From Patescibacteria group bacterium UBA661 (GTDB lineage: Bacteria > Patescibacteriota > Minisyncoccia > Phycocordibacterales > UBA918): a stretch of 64,000 nt of DNA. The position numbers and the translations under genes are program-made. Each line of letters starts with the position of its first letter. The stretch's first letter is position 1. The DNA lies in the NCBI GenBank assembly GCA_002299465.1, contig DBNX01000018.1, positions 11,987 through 75,986 of the forward strand, in the 5' to 3' direction. A model generated the notes under the pieces. The model did not search any database. It saw only the letters and a list, made by a program, of their open reading frames with translations, and was not told the DNA's origin. This document shows, in pieces, positions 18,522 to 28,603 of the stretch.

Positions 18522-19024
18522 GCGAGAGAGGGGTCTTTAGCAGCGACTGTCTTAGAGATACAGGCAAAACATCGACATTTTCCCGCGCTCAGGTATTCAT
18601 TGAAGTACATTTTTCCGTAGTTGTAGGTTAGCTCCTCACCAGATTTTATGCCGCGTTTAGCGTAGATAAAAATTCTTGTTTCATCTTCATTTAATTCTGG
18701 TTCACAATTAGGTTTACAAGAATGATTAAGATAACGCGCCAAATTATCCCGACCCTTACCATCAATTGTCCAAGCGTCGTTTAACTCAAATAAATATTTT
18801 CCACCGCGTCGATTAGCCTCAGCTTCGGTGATGCGTTCTCCCGTGTACTCGATTACCAAATCGCCTTTTTTAAAATCGGCAGTAGCAAACAAACCGAGTC
18901 CGGCTGAGGATTTTTTTACGACAAATTTTTTGTCGACAGTGGCGGCGGATTTATTTTTCATATGGGTGAGAGTATAACAATTACAAAAATTTTTTGTAAT
19001 TGTTTTTAACAGTCGCTGACGCAA
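18518..19024 (-). CDS. SET-domain protein (putative lysine methyltransferase)
   Basis: NHSCKPNCE…ELTYNYG SET signature with a post-SET Cys cluster (CRCFAC). Confidence 0.75.
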   Translation of the reverse strand: MRQRLLKTITKNFCNCYTLTHMKNKSAATVDKKFVVKKSSAGLGLFATADFKKGDLVIEYTGERITEAEANRRGGKYLFELNDAWTIDGKGRDNLARYLNHSCKPNCEPELNEDETRIFIYAKRGIKSGEELTYNYGKMYFNEYLSAGKCRCFACISKTVAAKDPSLA

Positions 19025-19050
19025 ATTTAGATTGTTATCTGTTACTATGA

Positions 19051-21414
19051 TTGGGTATGCACAAAGCCCTTTCTGAGTTCATTCGAGTTGCTGATTATAT
19101 GTCAGCGGCACAAATATATTTACGAGACAATTTTTTATTAGAAGAACCGCTTAAGCGCGAGCATATCAAGCCGCGACTTTTAGGACACTGGGGGACCTGT
19201 CCCGGTATCAATTTTACTTACGCACACCTAAACCGCGCTATCATTGCTCACGATTTGGATATGTTGTTTGTGCTCGGGCCAGGGCACGGTTTTCCCGCGG
19301 TACAGGCAAATCTTTTTATGGAAGGTACGCTTAGTGAGTATTATCCAAATATACCGCGTACTGGTGGTGGTTTCGCGCATATGACGAAGCAGTTTAGCTG
19401 GCCCTACGGTTTTCCTAGTCACAGTAATCCTGAAGCGCCGGGGGTAATCCTAGAGGGTGGGGAACTCGGCTACGCTCTGTCTACTTCCTATGGTGCCATT
19501 CTCGATAATCCTGAACTCATCGTGGCTTGTCTCGTTGGAGACGGGGAAGCCGAGACTGGTCCCACCGCTACTGCGTGGCACCTCTCAAAATTAATTGATC
19601 CAGCTAAAAATGGTGCCGTTTTACCGATAGTACACCTCAATGGCTACAAAATCTCAGGACCGACTTTTTACGGACGAATGAGTGATGAGGAACTGGAAGC
19701 TTTGTTTACCGGATATGGTTACCGCCCGCTGTTTGTTGACTCTTACGTTAGTGATGATGTGCATGAGGTGATGATTAAAGCCCTAGATGAAGCCGTAGCG
19801 GACATTCGTTTTACACAACACTGCGCTCGGGAAGGGTCTTTGCAAAAACCACCACGGTGGCCAGTTATTATCCTACGCACTCCAAAAGGTTGGCACAGCA
19901 TAAAAGAGATAAGAGGCAAGCGCATTGAAGACAACTGCGCTTCACACCAAGTCATCGCCGATGGCGCCCATCACGACGACGAGGAACTCCGCCTGCTTGA
20001 GGAATGGCTACGCTCGTATCGGATTGAAGAATTATTCAATGACGGTGCGTTTACAGCCGATATTCAATCTTTATTGCCGCGACCAGAACGAAGGATGGGA
20101 AGTAACAAAAGAGCCCACGGGGGCACGCCGCACTATCGACCTTTGGCTTTGCCGGATTTGGCTGGCTACGCTGCTGCCAATACCTGTGATCTCAATAATC
20201 CAATTTGTGGGGAGGTCAGCAGTATGGAAAAGATTGGGCAATATTTACGTGATGTGATGCGCTACAACGAAGCAGAGCGAAACTTCCGACTTTTCTCTCC
20301 CGATGAAACTTATTCCAACAAATTACACGCGGTATTTGAGTACACCAAGCGAGCTTTTGTCTGGCCACACCAAGAGTGGGACCGGGATCTGGCCTGGGAT
20401 GGGCGAGTGCTTGAGATGCTTTCTGAACACAGCCTGCAAGGCTTGATTCAGGGTTACGTATTGACTGGTCGCCATGGGGTGTTTGCTTCCTACGAAGCGT
20501 TTGTCCAGATTGTGGCGAGTATGGCTGACCAATACGCAAAGTTTCTTAAAATTGCCAGAGGAGTTTCTTGGCGAGGTGAGATTCCTTCACTCAACTACAT
20601 TTTGACTTCGGGAGCATGGCGACAAGAACACAATGGATTTTCTCACCAAAATCCGGGCTTTATTGACGGCGTGCTACAACGTCAAGGTTGCTTTACCAAT
20701 GTCTATTTTCCCCCAGACGCCAACACCGCTCTCGCCACGATGAAGCATATGTTGGCTTCTACTCGAGAAATAAATGTTTTGGTTTGTGAAAAAAGACCGC
20801 TACCAAGTTGGCGGACTCTGACCGAAGCTGAGCGTGACGTTCGTGACGGTGTGTCAATCTGGGATTTTGCTAGTGATGAAGATCCGCATTTGGTGTTGGC
20901 AGCTGCCGGCGATTATCCGACCTTAGAGACGCTAGCGGCAATCAGCTTGGTTCGTCAAGAAATGCCAGAATTAAGAATGCGTTTTGTAAACATCCTGTCG
21001 TTGTCTGCGCTAGGCATTGGTAACTCGTCTTGTCGAGTTCTACCGCACAGTTTTTCCGACTACTTCACAGCTGACAAACCAATCATTGTTAATTTCCATG
21101 GCTACCCACAGACGATAAAACAAGTACTCTTTGATTACGGTTGTACTTCGGAACGAGTCTATGTGCATGGTTATGAAGAGGTAGGTTCTACTACTACCGT
21201 TTTCGATATGATGATACGCAATCGAGTGGACCGCTTCCACCTAGCTTTAGAAGTCTTTGCTTTGGCTGAGAAGACTAAGGTGGCCAGCGCAAAAACAGTG
21301 GCGGCTCTCAAGAAAAAGTATGAGACCTTACTTTCTCAACACCGCGAGTACATTATTGAGAATGGTGATGATCCCAAAGACATTACAAATTGGACATGGC
21401 AGTCACGCTCATAG
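19051..21414 (+). CDS. xfp: xylulose-5-P / fructose-6-P phosphoketolase
   Basis: 787 aa. GHWGTCPGINFTYAHLNRAI and other TPP-phosphoketolase motifs. Confidence 0.9.
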   Translation: MGMHKALSEFIRVADYMSAAQIYLRDNFLLEEPLKREHIKPRLLGHWGTCPGINFTYAHLNRAIIAHDLDMLFVLGPGHGFPAVQANLFMEGTLSEYYPNIPRTGGGFAHMTKQFSWPYGFPSHSNPEAPGVILEGGELGYALSTSYGAILDNPELIVACLVGDGEAETGPTATAWHLSKLIDPAKNGAVLPIVHLNGYKISGPTFYGRMSDEELEALFTGYGYRPLFVDSYVSDDVHEVMIKALDEAVADIRFTQHCAREGSLQKPPRWPVIILRTPKGWHSIKEIRGKRIEDNCASHQVIADGAHHDDEELRLLEEWLRSYRIEELFNDGAFTADIQSLLPRPERRMGSNKRAHGGTPHYRPLALPDLAGYAAANTCDLNNPICGEVSSMEKIGQYLRDVMRYNEAERNFRLFSPDETYSNKLHAVFEYTKRAFVWPHQEWDRDLAWDGRVLEMLSEHSLQGLIQGYVLTGRHGVFASYEAFVQIVASMADQYAKFLKIARGVSWRGEIPSLNYILTSGAWRQEHNGFSHQNPGFIDGVLQRQGCFTNVYFPPDANTALATMKHMLASTREINVLVCEKRPLPSWRTLTEAERDVRDGVSIWDFASDEDPHLVLAAAGDYPTLETLAAISLVRQEMPELRMRFVNILSLSALGIGNSSCRVLPHSFSDYFTADKPIIVNFHGYPQTIKQVLFDYGCTSERVYVHGYEEVGSTTTVFDMMIRNRVDRFHLALEVFALAEKTKVASAKTVAALKKKYETLLSQHREYIIENGDDPKDITNWTWQSRS

Positions 21415-22577
21415 TAAACCCTGGATCAGCTTCAAAAAAATACGCCCTTTACGACGAGACGGGTTTGCGCATTGCGGCTCATATTGAGTACGTGGAGACG
21501 GGAGGAGTGTCTGTCTGTACCACGCTAGCGGGAATGGATGACCGATGTGTGCTGGCGGGAGCGACGGTTTTTGAGACCAGCTTACTGGATTTCATTGAAC
21601 GTGCTATCAACGAAAAAGTCATCACGAGTGTTACGGAGATTGCCGAGGTCGCCATTCGGGTGGTGTCGCCCGGTACCTTTTTTCAGGCGCATCGAGTGAT
21701 TGATGAGGAATGGCTAAGACGTTTGCGGGCTAATGTTAATCTGGCACCGCTTCATGTTCCGCATACTGAAAAAGAACTAACGATGATTAGACGCGCTTTG
21801 CCGCACGCGCGTGGTTTGGGTATTTCTGACAGTGCTTTTCATTCGACATTGCCACCCCGGGCCCGGCACTACAGTTTGCCCGTTACCGAAGCGGCACAGT
21901 ATGACTTGTATCGTTTTGGTTATCACGGCCTTTCGGTCGGAGCGGCGTTGCGCCGGCTACCGATAGTGATAAAAGCAACCGCACCTGAACGGATAGTTGT
22001 TTGTCATCTCGGAAGTGGCGTGAGTGTAACGGCTGTTAAAGATGGTAAGAGCATCGACACCACGATGGGTTACGCTCCGGGGAGTGGCTTGCTTATGGGT
22101 AGTCGGTCGGGGGATGTTGATGCTGGGGCTTTGCTTGCCCTAATGCAGGAACGCTCGCTTAAACCAATTGATGCTCAGCTGTATCTGCAGAAGCAGGGCG
22201 GTTTGCGTGGTTTGGCTGGGGTTACTGATTTACGCTTGCTTTTAGAAAGGCGAGCACAAGGAGACCGCGCGGCTAACTTAGCCATTGAATCATTTGTTTA
22301 CCAAATCCAAAAAGCCATCGGTGGGGCGGTGGTGGCTTTGGGGGGAGTGGAGGTTCTTATTTTTACAGCCACCGCGGGCGAACGCAGTCCAATCTTACGC
22401 TCCCTTATCACCACGCCACTTTCAGTCCTCGGTTTGGTTATAGATGATGCAAAGAACGACGCCTGTATTAGCCGGGATGGTGTGATTGGTGGTGGAATCG
22501 ACACCGCCCCGCTCATAGCTGTCATCCGCACCACCGAAGCCGATGAAATGTGGCGAATTGCCAAGGGCCTTAGCTAA
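21390..22577 (+). CDS. ackA: acetate kinase
   Basis: LIVNPGSASKKYALYDE N-terminus. Overlaps xfp as an operon. Confidence 0.9.
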   Translation: MDMAVTLIVNPGSASKKYALYDETGLRIAAHIEYVETGGVSVCTTLAGMDDRCVLAGATVFETSLLDFIERAINEKVITSVTEIAEVAIRVVSPGTFFQAHRVIDEEWLRRLRANVNLAPLHVPHTEKELTMIRRALPHARGLGISDSAFHSTLPPRARHYSLPVTEAAQYDLYRFGYHGLSVGAALRRLPIVIKATAPERIVVCHLGSGVSVTAVKDGKSIDTTMGYAPGSGLLMGSRSGDVDAGALLALMQERSLKPIDAQLYLQKQGGLRGLAGVTDLRLLLERRAQGDRAANLAIESFVYQIQKAIGGAVVALGGVEVLIFTATAGERSPILRSLITTPLSVLGLVIDDAKNDACISRDGVIGGGIDTAPLIAVIRTTEADEMWRIAKGLS

Positions 22578-22600
22578 AGGTAAGAGTTTTTTACTAAACT

Positions 22601-22633
22601 AAAACCCACCCACGCAAAGCGTGGGTGGGTTTT
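22601..22633. terminator. bidirectional terminator between ackA (+) and the XRE gene (-)
   Basis: ACCCACCCACGC-AAA-GCGTGGGTGGGT flanked by A- and T-runs. Confidence 0.55.
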
Positions 22634-22679
22634 AACCATCCAAACACATAAAATAAAAAGTGCCTCATGGAGCAGTTTT

Positions 22680-23024
22680 CTACGAGTTAAGCACAGTCTG
22701 ATCGAAATGGAGTATTCGAATTTCTTGAAGATTGTTGATTTGTGGTGACTGGTGCATCGATACTTTTAGTGACAAATCAAGCGCTTTGGCAATTCGGCTA
22801 AGGGTCTGTAGGGAAGGGTTTCCGTCGCCACGTTCAAGGCGGGAAATCACCGGTTGGCGACTACCAATTGCTTCAGCTAGCTCAGTTTGAGACCAGCCAC
22901 GCTTCACACGCTCTCTAATAATAGTTTTTACTACTTCGTATTCGGGACAGAGTGCCTCGTACTCAGCTTTAATGACGGGGTTCTTAAGAGCTTTAATTTT
23001 AAATTGTTTGAATGAAGTACTCAT
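22680..23024 (-). CDS. XRE-family HTH protein, HigA-like antitoxin
   Basis: RGWSQTELAEAIGSRQPVISRLERG HTH. Lies immediately downstream of a toxin remnant. Confidence 0.75.
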   Translation of the reverse strand: MSTSFKQFKIKALKNPVIKAEYEALCPEYEVVKTIIRERVKRGWSQTELAEAIGSRQPVISRLERGDGNPSLQTLSRIAKALDLSLKVSMHQSPQINNLQEIRILHFDQTVLNS

Positions 23025-23093
23025 AGAGTAAATATAACTTATAAGTTATATTATTGCGAGTGTGCTTGTGCATCACGTGCCCTGGATAACTCC

Positions 23094-23270
23094 CTATCTA
23101 GAGTTTTCTGTGTCTTCTTGATATAAGCATGCAACAAGAAAGCCTTCAGACAGATGTCGACTGTGCGGCATACCAAGGTCACTACCAAATTCTTCCAGTA
23201 ATTCGATAGTGCGAATGACCTCGGCGGTTTCCTTTGCGTTTAGTAACTCAAGAAATTTTTCAACAGAATT
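23094..23270 (-). pseudogene. decayed HigB / Gp49-like (RelE superfamily) toxin gene remnant
   Basis: Frame reads …KFLELLNAKETAEVIRTIELLEEFGSDLGMPHSRHL… (Gp49/HigB N-terminus). No start codon, because of an 11-nt tandem duplication (TTCAACAGAAT x2 at 23259-23280). The C-terminus is aberrant. Confidence 0.5.
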
Positions 23271-23317
23271 TCAACAGAATCAGGGAGGATAATTTGCATA
23301 TGATAAACATATCAAAA

Positions 23318-23351
23318 CATAGAAGCTTGCTCAAATGAGCAAGCTTCTATG
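23318..23351 (-). terminator. rho-independent terminator of ssrA
   Basis: 15-16-bp perfect inverted repeat CATAGAAGCTTGCTCA / TGAGCAAGCTTCTATG, followed on the minus strand by a U-rich tract. Confidence 0.5.
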
Positions 23352-23373
23352 TTGTTCCACATGCTTCTATGTC

Positions 23374-23771
23374 GGTGGAGATGGGGAGAATTGAACTCCC
23401 GTCCGAATTAGGTGCTTAGAGCGAGTCTACAGTGTGTAGGGTATTCTTTGGTTTAAGTTTCTAATCTAGAGAATAGACAAGACAATTAGATTCCGAGTTG
23501 TGACAAAGCTCGAGCATAATGACAACGACATTTCTGCTCAAAGTCTCATGGCTATTTTGCAAGACACACGGTACGAGACCCTTGGTGCGCTCACATCACT
23601 CCGGCGAGCGTAAGATTACGCAAAGGCGGGAGCGAATCCAAACGCGCGAGCGTATGGACTTGGTACTGCTTTGTCTGCACGTACGAATGCCTGAGATTTT
23701 AACGCAGTTCTCAGACAGCTGCGACACTGCACACAATAAGACAACACTAACCGTCGATGCCTAGCATCCCC
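23374..23771 (-). ncRNA. ssrA: tmRNA (ssrA)
   Basis: 5' GGGGATGCTAGGCATCGACGG and 3' GGACGGGAGTTCAATTCTCCCCATCTCCACC resemble E. coli tmRNA termini. The acceptor stem has a G3:U70 wobble. Adjacent to smpB. Confidence 0.85.
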
Positions 23772-23853
23772 AGCACAGTTTCTTTCGTCTCGATTGGTTT
23801 TTTAAAACCAGACGGTTAAGGAAAAAACGGTGCGGGGAACGGTGTACTTAGGT

Positions 23854-24324
23854 TTATTGATTTTTCAAAAGACGATTGATGTCGCGATTGGCGTCGCGCT
23901 GCTTGAGAGCTTCTCGCTTGTCGGCTTTTTTCTTACCGCGCGCCAGAGCAATCTCAAGCTTTAGATATCTCTTTTTATTATACCACTTAATTGCGACTAT
24001 TGTCAAACCACGCTCTTCACTGGCGCGTGTCAATTCACTTAATTCTTTTTTAGAAAGTAGGAGCTTTCGCACCCGTTCGGGGTCGTAGTTTTTGGGAGTA
24101 TTGGCGACTTGGTAGGGGCTGATGGAAGCGTTCACCAGGTACGCCTCGCCGCCGCGAATAATAGCGTACGCACCAGTCAGGCTAGCCTTGCCGGCACGGA
24201 CAGATTTCACTTCTTGACCACTAAGCAACACCCCCGCTTCGTAGCGTTCTAGTATCTCGTAATCAAAAGAGGCCTTTTTGTTTGTGACTGAGGTGTTGTT
24301 GCTCATAATATAGTTAATCCTCAT
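23854..24324 (-). CDS. smpB: SsrA-binding protein SmpB
   Basis: SmpB-like sequence (…KKASFDYEILERYEAGVLLSGQEVKSVR…) located immediately upstream of ssrA. Confidence 0.9.
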   Translation of the reverse strand: MRINYIMSNNTSVTNKKASFDYEILERYEAGVLLSGQEVKSVRAGKASLTGAYAIIRGGEAYLVNASISPYQVANTPKNYDPERVRKLLLSKKELSELTRASEERGLTIVAIKWYNKKRYLKLEIALARGKKKADKREALKQRDANRDINRLLKNQ

Positions 24325-24416
24325 ACTATAGATGGTATTGCCGGGAAGGGCAATCGGCTTAATTGTCTATAGCAAAACTCGTAATTTCTTGGTTTTTTTG
24401 TATAATGCGCCTACCT

Positions 24417-26519
24417 ATGACAAAACCAGAATTAGATAAAAAAGTCGATGAGACAAATGTTCCGGCTGATAAAGAAGAAGTGAAATTACCAGACGAAGAA
24501 AGTTCTGAGGATAAGGACAAATCCGAGGCAAGCCGTCCGCCCAAAAAAGAACAGCAGACCACCTTACCTAAGTTTAGTGAAGTCAGACAGCGGGTGCCAC
24601 TGGGTCCGGGTAATTTTTGGAACAACGTACTTTCAACCGTCTTACTCTTAATATTGGTAATGTTGGCCTTTAGTTACCTTTCGGAACAACAAGTGCCGCC
24701 CGAGGAACTCACGCTGTCTCAAGTCGTGTCGCAAGTAAAGGCGGGCGAGGTCAAGGAGATTGTTGTGCGCGGTACGCGGTTAGAAATAATGTACCACGAT
24801 GCCACCAGAACTCCGGGCGAAGCCAAGCGGGAGGTAGACGCATCGGTTTCCGAGTCACTCACTAATTTTGGTGTGACTTACGAGCAACTACAAGCCGTGA
24901 CTATTGATGTCCAGCGGGAGACGGGCTTTGCTTATTGGTTTGGGCAATTTGCTCCATTTTTGTTTCCGATTATTTTGCTCATTTTGATCATCTGGTTCTT
25001 CATGCGTTCGGTGAAGGGGGCTGGTATGCAAGCGCTTAATTTTGGTTCTTCTAAAGCGCGGATGATTGACCCGAATGATACTACTCAGAAAGTGACATTC
25101 AAGGATGTGGCAGGAGCTAAGGAAGCCAAACAAGAGCTCGAGGAAATTGTTGATTTTCTTAAGAATCCCAAAAAGTTTCTTGACATTGGGGCGGAGATTC
25201 CGAAGGGAGTCATGATGATGGGTGCACCAGGAACAGGTAAGACTTTATTGGCGCGAGCGGTAGCTGGGGAAGCGGGAGTACCGTTTTTCTCTATCTCGGG
25301 TTCGGAATTCGTTGAGATGTTCGTTGGGGTCGGGGCGTCCAGAGTGCGAGATTTGTTCTCGATGGCGAAAAAGGCAGCACCGGCTATTATCTTTGTTGAC
25401 GAGATAGATGCGGTGGGTCGAATCCGAGGGACGGGAGTAGGTGGCGGTAATGATGAGAGGGAACAGACACTCAATCAGATTCTGGTGGAGATGGATGGTT
25501 TTGAGCCAAACGCTAAAGTTATTGTAATGGCAGCGACCAACCGACCAGATGTACTTGATCCAGCTCTACTGCGTCCGGGTCGTTTTGACCGACGAGTCAC
25601 CATCGACTTACCAGACCGCAAAGACCGCGAAGAGATTTTGGCAGTCCACTCTAGAAAAAAGCCTTTAGCCGAAGATGTAGATTTGGCAGTAATTGCACAA
25701 CGGACGCCTGGTTTTTCGGGGGCCGATCTTTATTCTCTGATGAACGAAGCGGCAATTTTGGCAGCACGCGAGAAACGCAAAAAAGTGTCACAATTTGACA
25801 TCATTCGCTCGATTGAAAAAGTAATGCTCGGTCCAGAACGGAAGAGTCACGTTTTGTCACAACGTGAAAAACTGGTGACCGCCTACCATGAAGTTGGTCA
25901 CGCCTTGGTGGCATCAGTGTTACCATACGCTGACCCAGTACAAAAAATTTCCATCATCTCGCGGGGACGAGCGGCTGGTTACACGCTCAAGCTGCCAGAT
26001 GAAGACCGCCGAATGCATACCAGAAAAGAATTTTTGGATGATATTGCGATGACGCTCGGTGGTTATGTGACAGAGGAAATGGTGTTTGGTGATTTAACAA
26101 CGGGCCCTTCTAACGACTTGCAAGTGGTGGCAAATCTCGCTCGCGATATGGTGACTAAATATGGCATGAGCCCACTGGGTCCGATTGCTCTTGAGGGTAC
26201 GGGCGGACGACTTATCGGTGGTGGTATGAGCGAAGATCGAGGGTATTCGCCACAGGTGGCCAAAGCCATTGATGACGAAGTTGCCAAAATCATTCAAGAA
26301 GGAAAAGATCGTGCCAAAGAAGTTCTTACCAAATATCGAAAAGCTCTCGATGTCATCTCTATGAAGTTGGTTGAACTGGAGACTTTAGAAAGAGAAGCTT
26401 ATGAAGCGTTGCTTAAGCAAGAGGGGGTAGAGATTCAAGACGCCTACAAGAAAATGCGAGAGGATGAGATTAAAGTAGCCGACCCAACCAGTGTGTTGGC
26501 GACGCCAGCCGCCAAATAA
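24417..26519 (+). CDS. ftsH: ATP-dependent zinc metalloprotease FtsH. The ORF is open from the TTG at 24363; a TATAAT box sits at 24400.
   Basis: Two N-terminal TM helices, AAA+ Walker [16 protein letters not shown] zinc motif. Confidence 0.9.
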   Translation: MTKPELDKKVDETNVPADKEEVKLPDEESSEDKDKSEASRPPKKEQQTTLPKFSEVRQRVPLGPGNFWNNVLSTVLLLILVMLAFSYLSEQQVPPEELTLSQVVSQVKAGEVKEIVVRGTRLEIMYHDATRTPGEAKREVDASVSESLTNFGVTYEQLQAVTIDVQRETGFAYWFGQFAPFLFPIILLILIIWFFMRSVKGAGMQALNFGSSKARMIDPNDTTQKVTFKDVAGAKEAKQELEEIVDFLKNPKKFLDIGAEIPKGVMMMGAPGTGKTLLARAVAGEAGVPFFSISGSEFVEMFVGVGASRVRDLFSMAKKAAPAIIFVDEIDAVGRIRGTGVGGGNDEREQTLNQILVEMDGFEPNAKVIVMAATNRPDVLDPALLRPGRFDRRVTIDLPDRKDREEILAVHSRKKPLAEDVDLAVIAQRTPGFSGADLYSLMNEAAILAAREKRKKVSQFDIIRSIEKVMLGPERKSHVLSQREKLVTAYHEVGHALVASVLPYADPVQKISIISRGRAAGYTLKLPDEDRRMHTRKEFLDDIAMTLGGYVTEEMVFGDLTTGPSNDLQVVANLARDMVTKYGMSPLGPIALEGTGGRLIGGGMSEDRGYSPQVAKAIDDEVAKIIQEGKDRAKEVLTKYRKALDVISMKLVELETLEREAYEALLKQEGVEIQDAYKKMREDEIKVADPTSVLATPAAK

Positions 26520-26540
26520 ACTGAGCGTCTCAATTACTAA

Positions 26541-26565
26541 AAACGCGTCAAGCAGACGCGTTTTT
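26541..26565. terminator. bidirectional terminator between ftsH (+) and the ABC operon (-)
   Basis: AAACGCGTC-AAGCA-GACGCGTTT plus a T-run. Confidence 0.5.
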
Positions 26566-27322
26566 AGTTGGGTGGATTTTGGTAGCGAGCAAAATTATCC
26601 GACACAGCAGGCGCTGGTTTGAAATCCTTTACTTGGTTGTAGGTTCTGTCTTCGGTGCGGGTAATGCAGCCATCTTCCAGATAGATAACGCGGTCGCAGT
26701 GGGCCGTGTATTCGGGTTCGTGGGTGACCATCACAATCGTCTGTCCCTCGCGGTGCAACTGGGCGAGTAAAGAGATCACGGTATCACCAGAAACACTATC
26801 AAGATTGGCGGTGGGTTCGTCCGCAAAAATAATCTTTGGTTTACCAGCGACAGCCCGAGCAATGGAGACACGTTGCTGTTCGCCACCGGAAAGTTGTGAG
26901 GGCAGATTGTTGTATTTATCAGGCAATCCGACTGAGGAGAGAGTAGTTTGGGCCGTCTGCCGGGCGCTTTCCCAATCAATACCACGCATCAGTAACGGGA
27001 GAACGACATTTTCCCCGGCCGTCAGTTCGGGGATAAGGGCGTAGTCTTGAAAGATGTAGCCCAATGTGTAAAGGCGAAAGTTAACCAGAGCGGTTTCTGA
27101 GAGGGCGAGAATATCTTGCCCGTCAATCAAGATATTGCCCGATGATGGTCTGTCTAAGGCAGAGAGTTGGTAGAGTAGGGTGGATTTACCAGCCCCAGAT
27201 TTACCCATAATCGCTACAAACTCACCCTGATTAACATTGATATCAACACCCTTAAGAACGCGCGTGGTGAGTGCGCCAGTGCCGAAAGTTCTTGTGATTG
27301 CTTGTCCTTGTATGATGTGCAT
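26564..27322 (-). CDS. ABC transporter ATP-binding protein (MacB/LolD/FtsE family)
   Basis: Walker A GKSGAGKST, signature LSGGEQQRVSIARA, Walker B IIFADEPT. Confidence 0.85.
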   Translation of the reverse strand: MHIIQGQAITRTFGTGALTTRVLKGVDINVNQGEFVAIMGKSGAGKSTLLYQLSALDRPSSGNILIDGQDILALSETALVNFRLYTLGYIFQDYALIPELTAGENVVLPLLMRGIDWESARQTAQTTLSSVGLPDKYNNLPSQLSGGEQQRVSIARAVAGKPKIIFADEPTANLDSVSGDTVISLLAQLHREGQTIVMVTHEPEYTAHCDRVIYLEDGCITRTEDRTYNQVKDFKPAPAVSDNFARYQNPPN

Positions 27323-27331
27323 ATTTTTATT

Positions 27332-28603
27332 TTACCTTCTACCCAAGATCGCGTTTAAGGTGTTCTGACGGGTAATCATCCAGGCGGGAATGAAGCCGGC
27401 TATTAAGGTGACAGCAAATAAAGCCCCCGAACGCAACAACATATCATCGAGACTGATACTTAAAGAGGCGTTGGCGAACGGGAAGTTAATAGGATTTTGT
27501 TCGAAATAGGGAATGATAATAAATTGAGTAATCAAAATACCGATGATAGCGCCAGTGATGGCATAGAAAGCCGCCTGAGTGATGTAGGCGTACTCGATGG
27601 CGCGCCGACTGATGCCGATAGCTTTTAGGATACCAATCTGACGGCGGCGAGAAATGGCGTTAATAAAAATCACAATGAAGATAGTAATCGAAGCGACCAC
27701 CAAGCCGATGGCTCCAGTAAACAAGCCGAGCAGATTAAAAGTGGTGCGCATATCAATAAGAAACTTCGGAATATCCTCAGTAAAGGAATTGATGGTAGCC
27801 AGAGTGGCTAGTTCGCTCGCCCGTAGTCGATCACGAATAGTGTACTCATTAAATCCCGGTTGTAGTCTAACGGCAATTTGATTGGCATCGTGATCAGTGC
27901 GATTAAATAATCTCCTAAACTCTCGTTCGGGAATGTAGACTGCTGTAGAGATTAAATCAACTTTAGAGTCAACAATACCTTTGACCGTAAACTCCCGACT
28001 CTGTCCATCTACAGTGATCATTACCGTATCCCCCGGATAAACATTTTTGAGTGAATCAAAAGCATCGCCGAACTCAGCGGCATAGCGTTCAATGTTTAGC
28101 TTGCCCATAAGAATGTAGCCAGTTTCACCAGCCGAAAAATATTCACCCGCACTCACCATCTGGCTTAAGCCTGAAGTAAGATCCTCAGCCACAGGGTCAA
28201 TACCGGTCAACATGACGGTGATGACGTCGGCATCATCACGTAAATCGCGGCGTTCTTGGTAGTTAGCTTCGATAGTAGCTAAGCCGGTCAAGCGAGGAGA
28301 GAAAGTGGCAATCTCGGGATGGTTTGGTAGTGTTTTTAGGAAGCGTTCGGTTTCTTTAATTTGGGTCTCACCAGTGAGTGGGCTAATGGTGATGTCGCCG
28401 AGGGCTCCGGTTCGTACTTCTCGCAGGGAGCTATCAATAATACCAATTAGAATACCGCTTAAAGCGACTAAATTTATAAAGGTAAATAAAATTACAGCGA
28501 TAATTAGTAATGTCGTCCACAGACTCGCTCTTTGGATTTGTCTAATTCCCAGCAGTAGACCAATGCGTAAGTCTTGCATAGGGTAATTAAGGTAAAACGA
28601 CAA
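27332..28603 (-). CDS. ABC transporter permease, FtsX/MacB type
   Basis: N-terminal TM, large periplasmic domain, C-terminal 3-TM FtsX-like region. Confidence 0.8.
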   Translation of the reverse strand: MSFYLNYPMQDLRIGLLLGIRQIQRASLWTTLLIIAVILFTFINLVALSGILIGIIDSSLREVRTGALGDITISPLTGETQIKETERFLKTLPNHPEIATFSPRLTGLATIEANYQERRDLRDDADVITVMLTGIDPVAEDLTSGLSQMVSAGEYFSAGETGYILMGKLNIERYAAEFGDAFDSLKNVYPGDTVMITVDGQSREFTVKGIVDSKVDLISTAVYIPEREFRRLFNRTDHDANQIAVRLQPGFNEYTIRDRLRASELATLATINSFTEDIPKFLIDMRTTFNLLGLFTGAIGLVVASITIFIVIFINAISRRRQIGILKAIGISRRAIEYAYITQAAFYAITGAIIGILITQFIIIPYFEQNPINFPFANASLSISLDDMLLRSGALFAVTLIAGFIPAWMITRQNTLNAILGRR

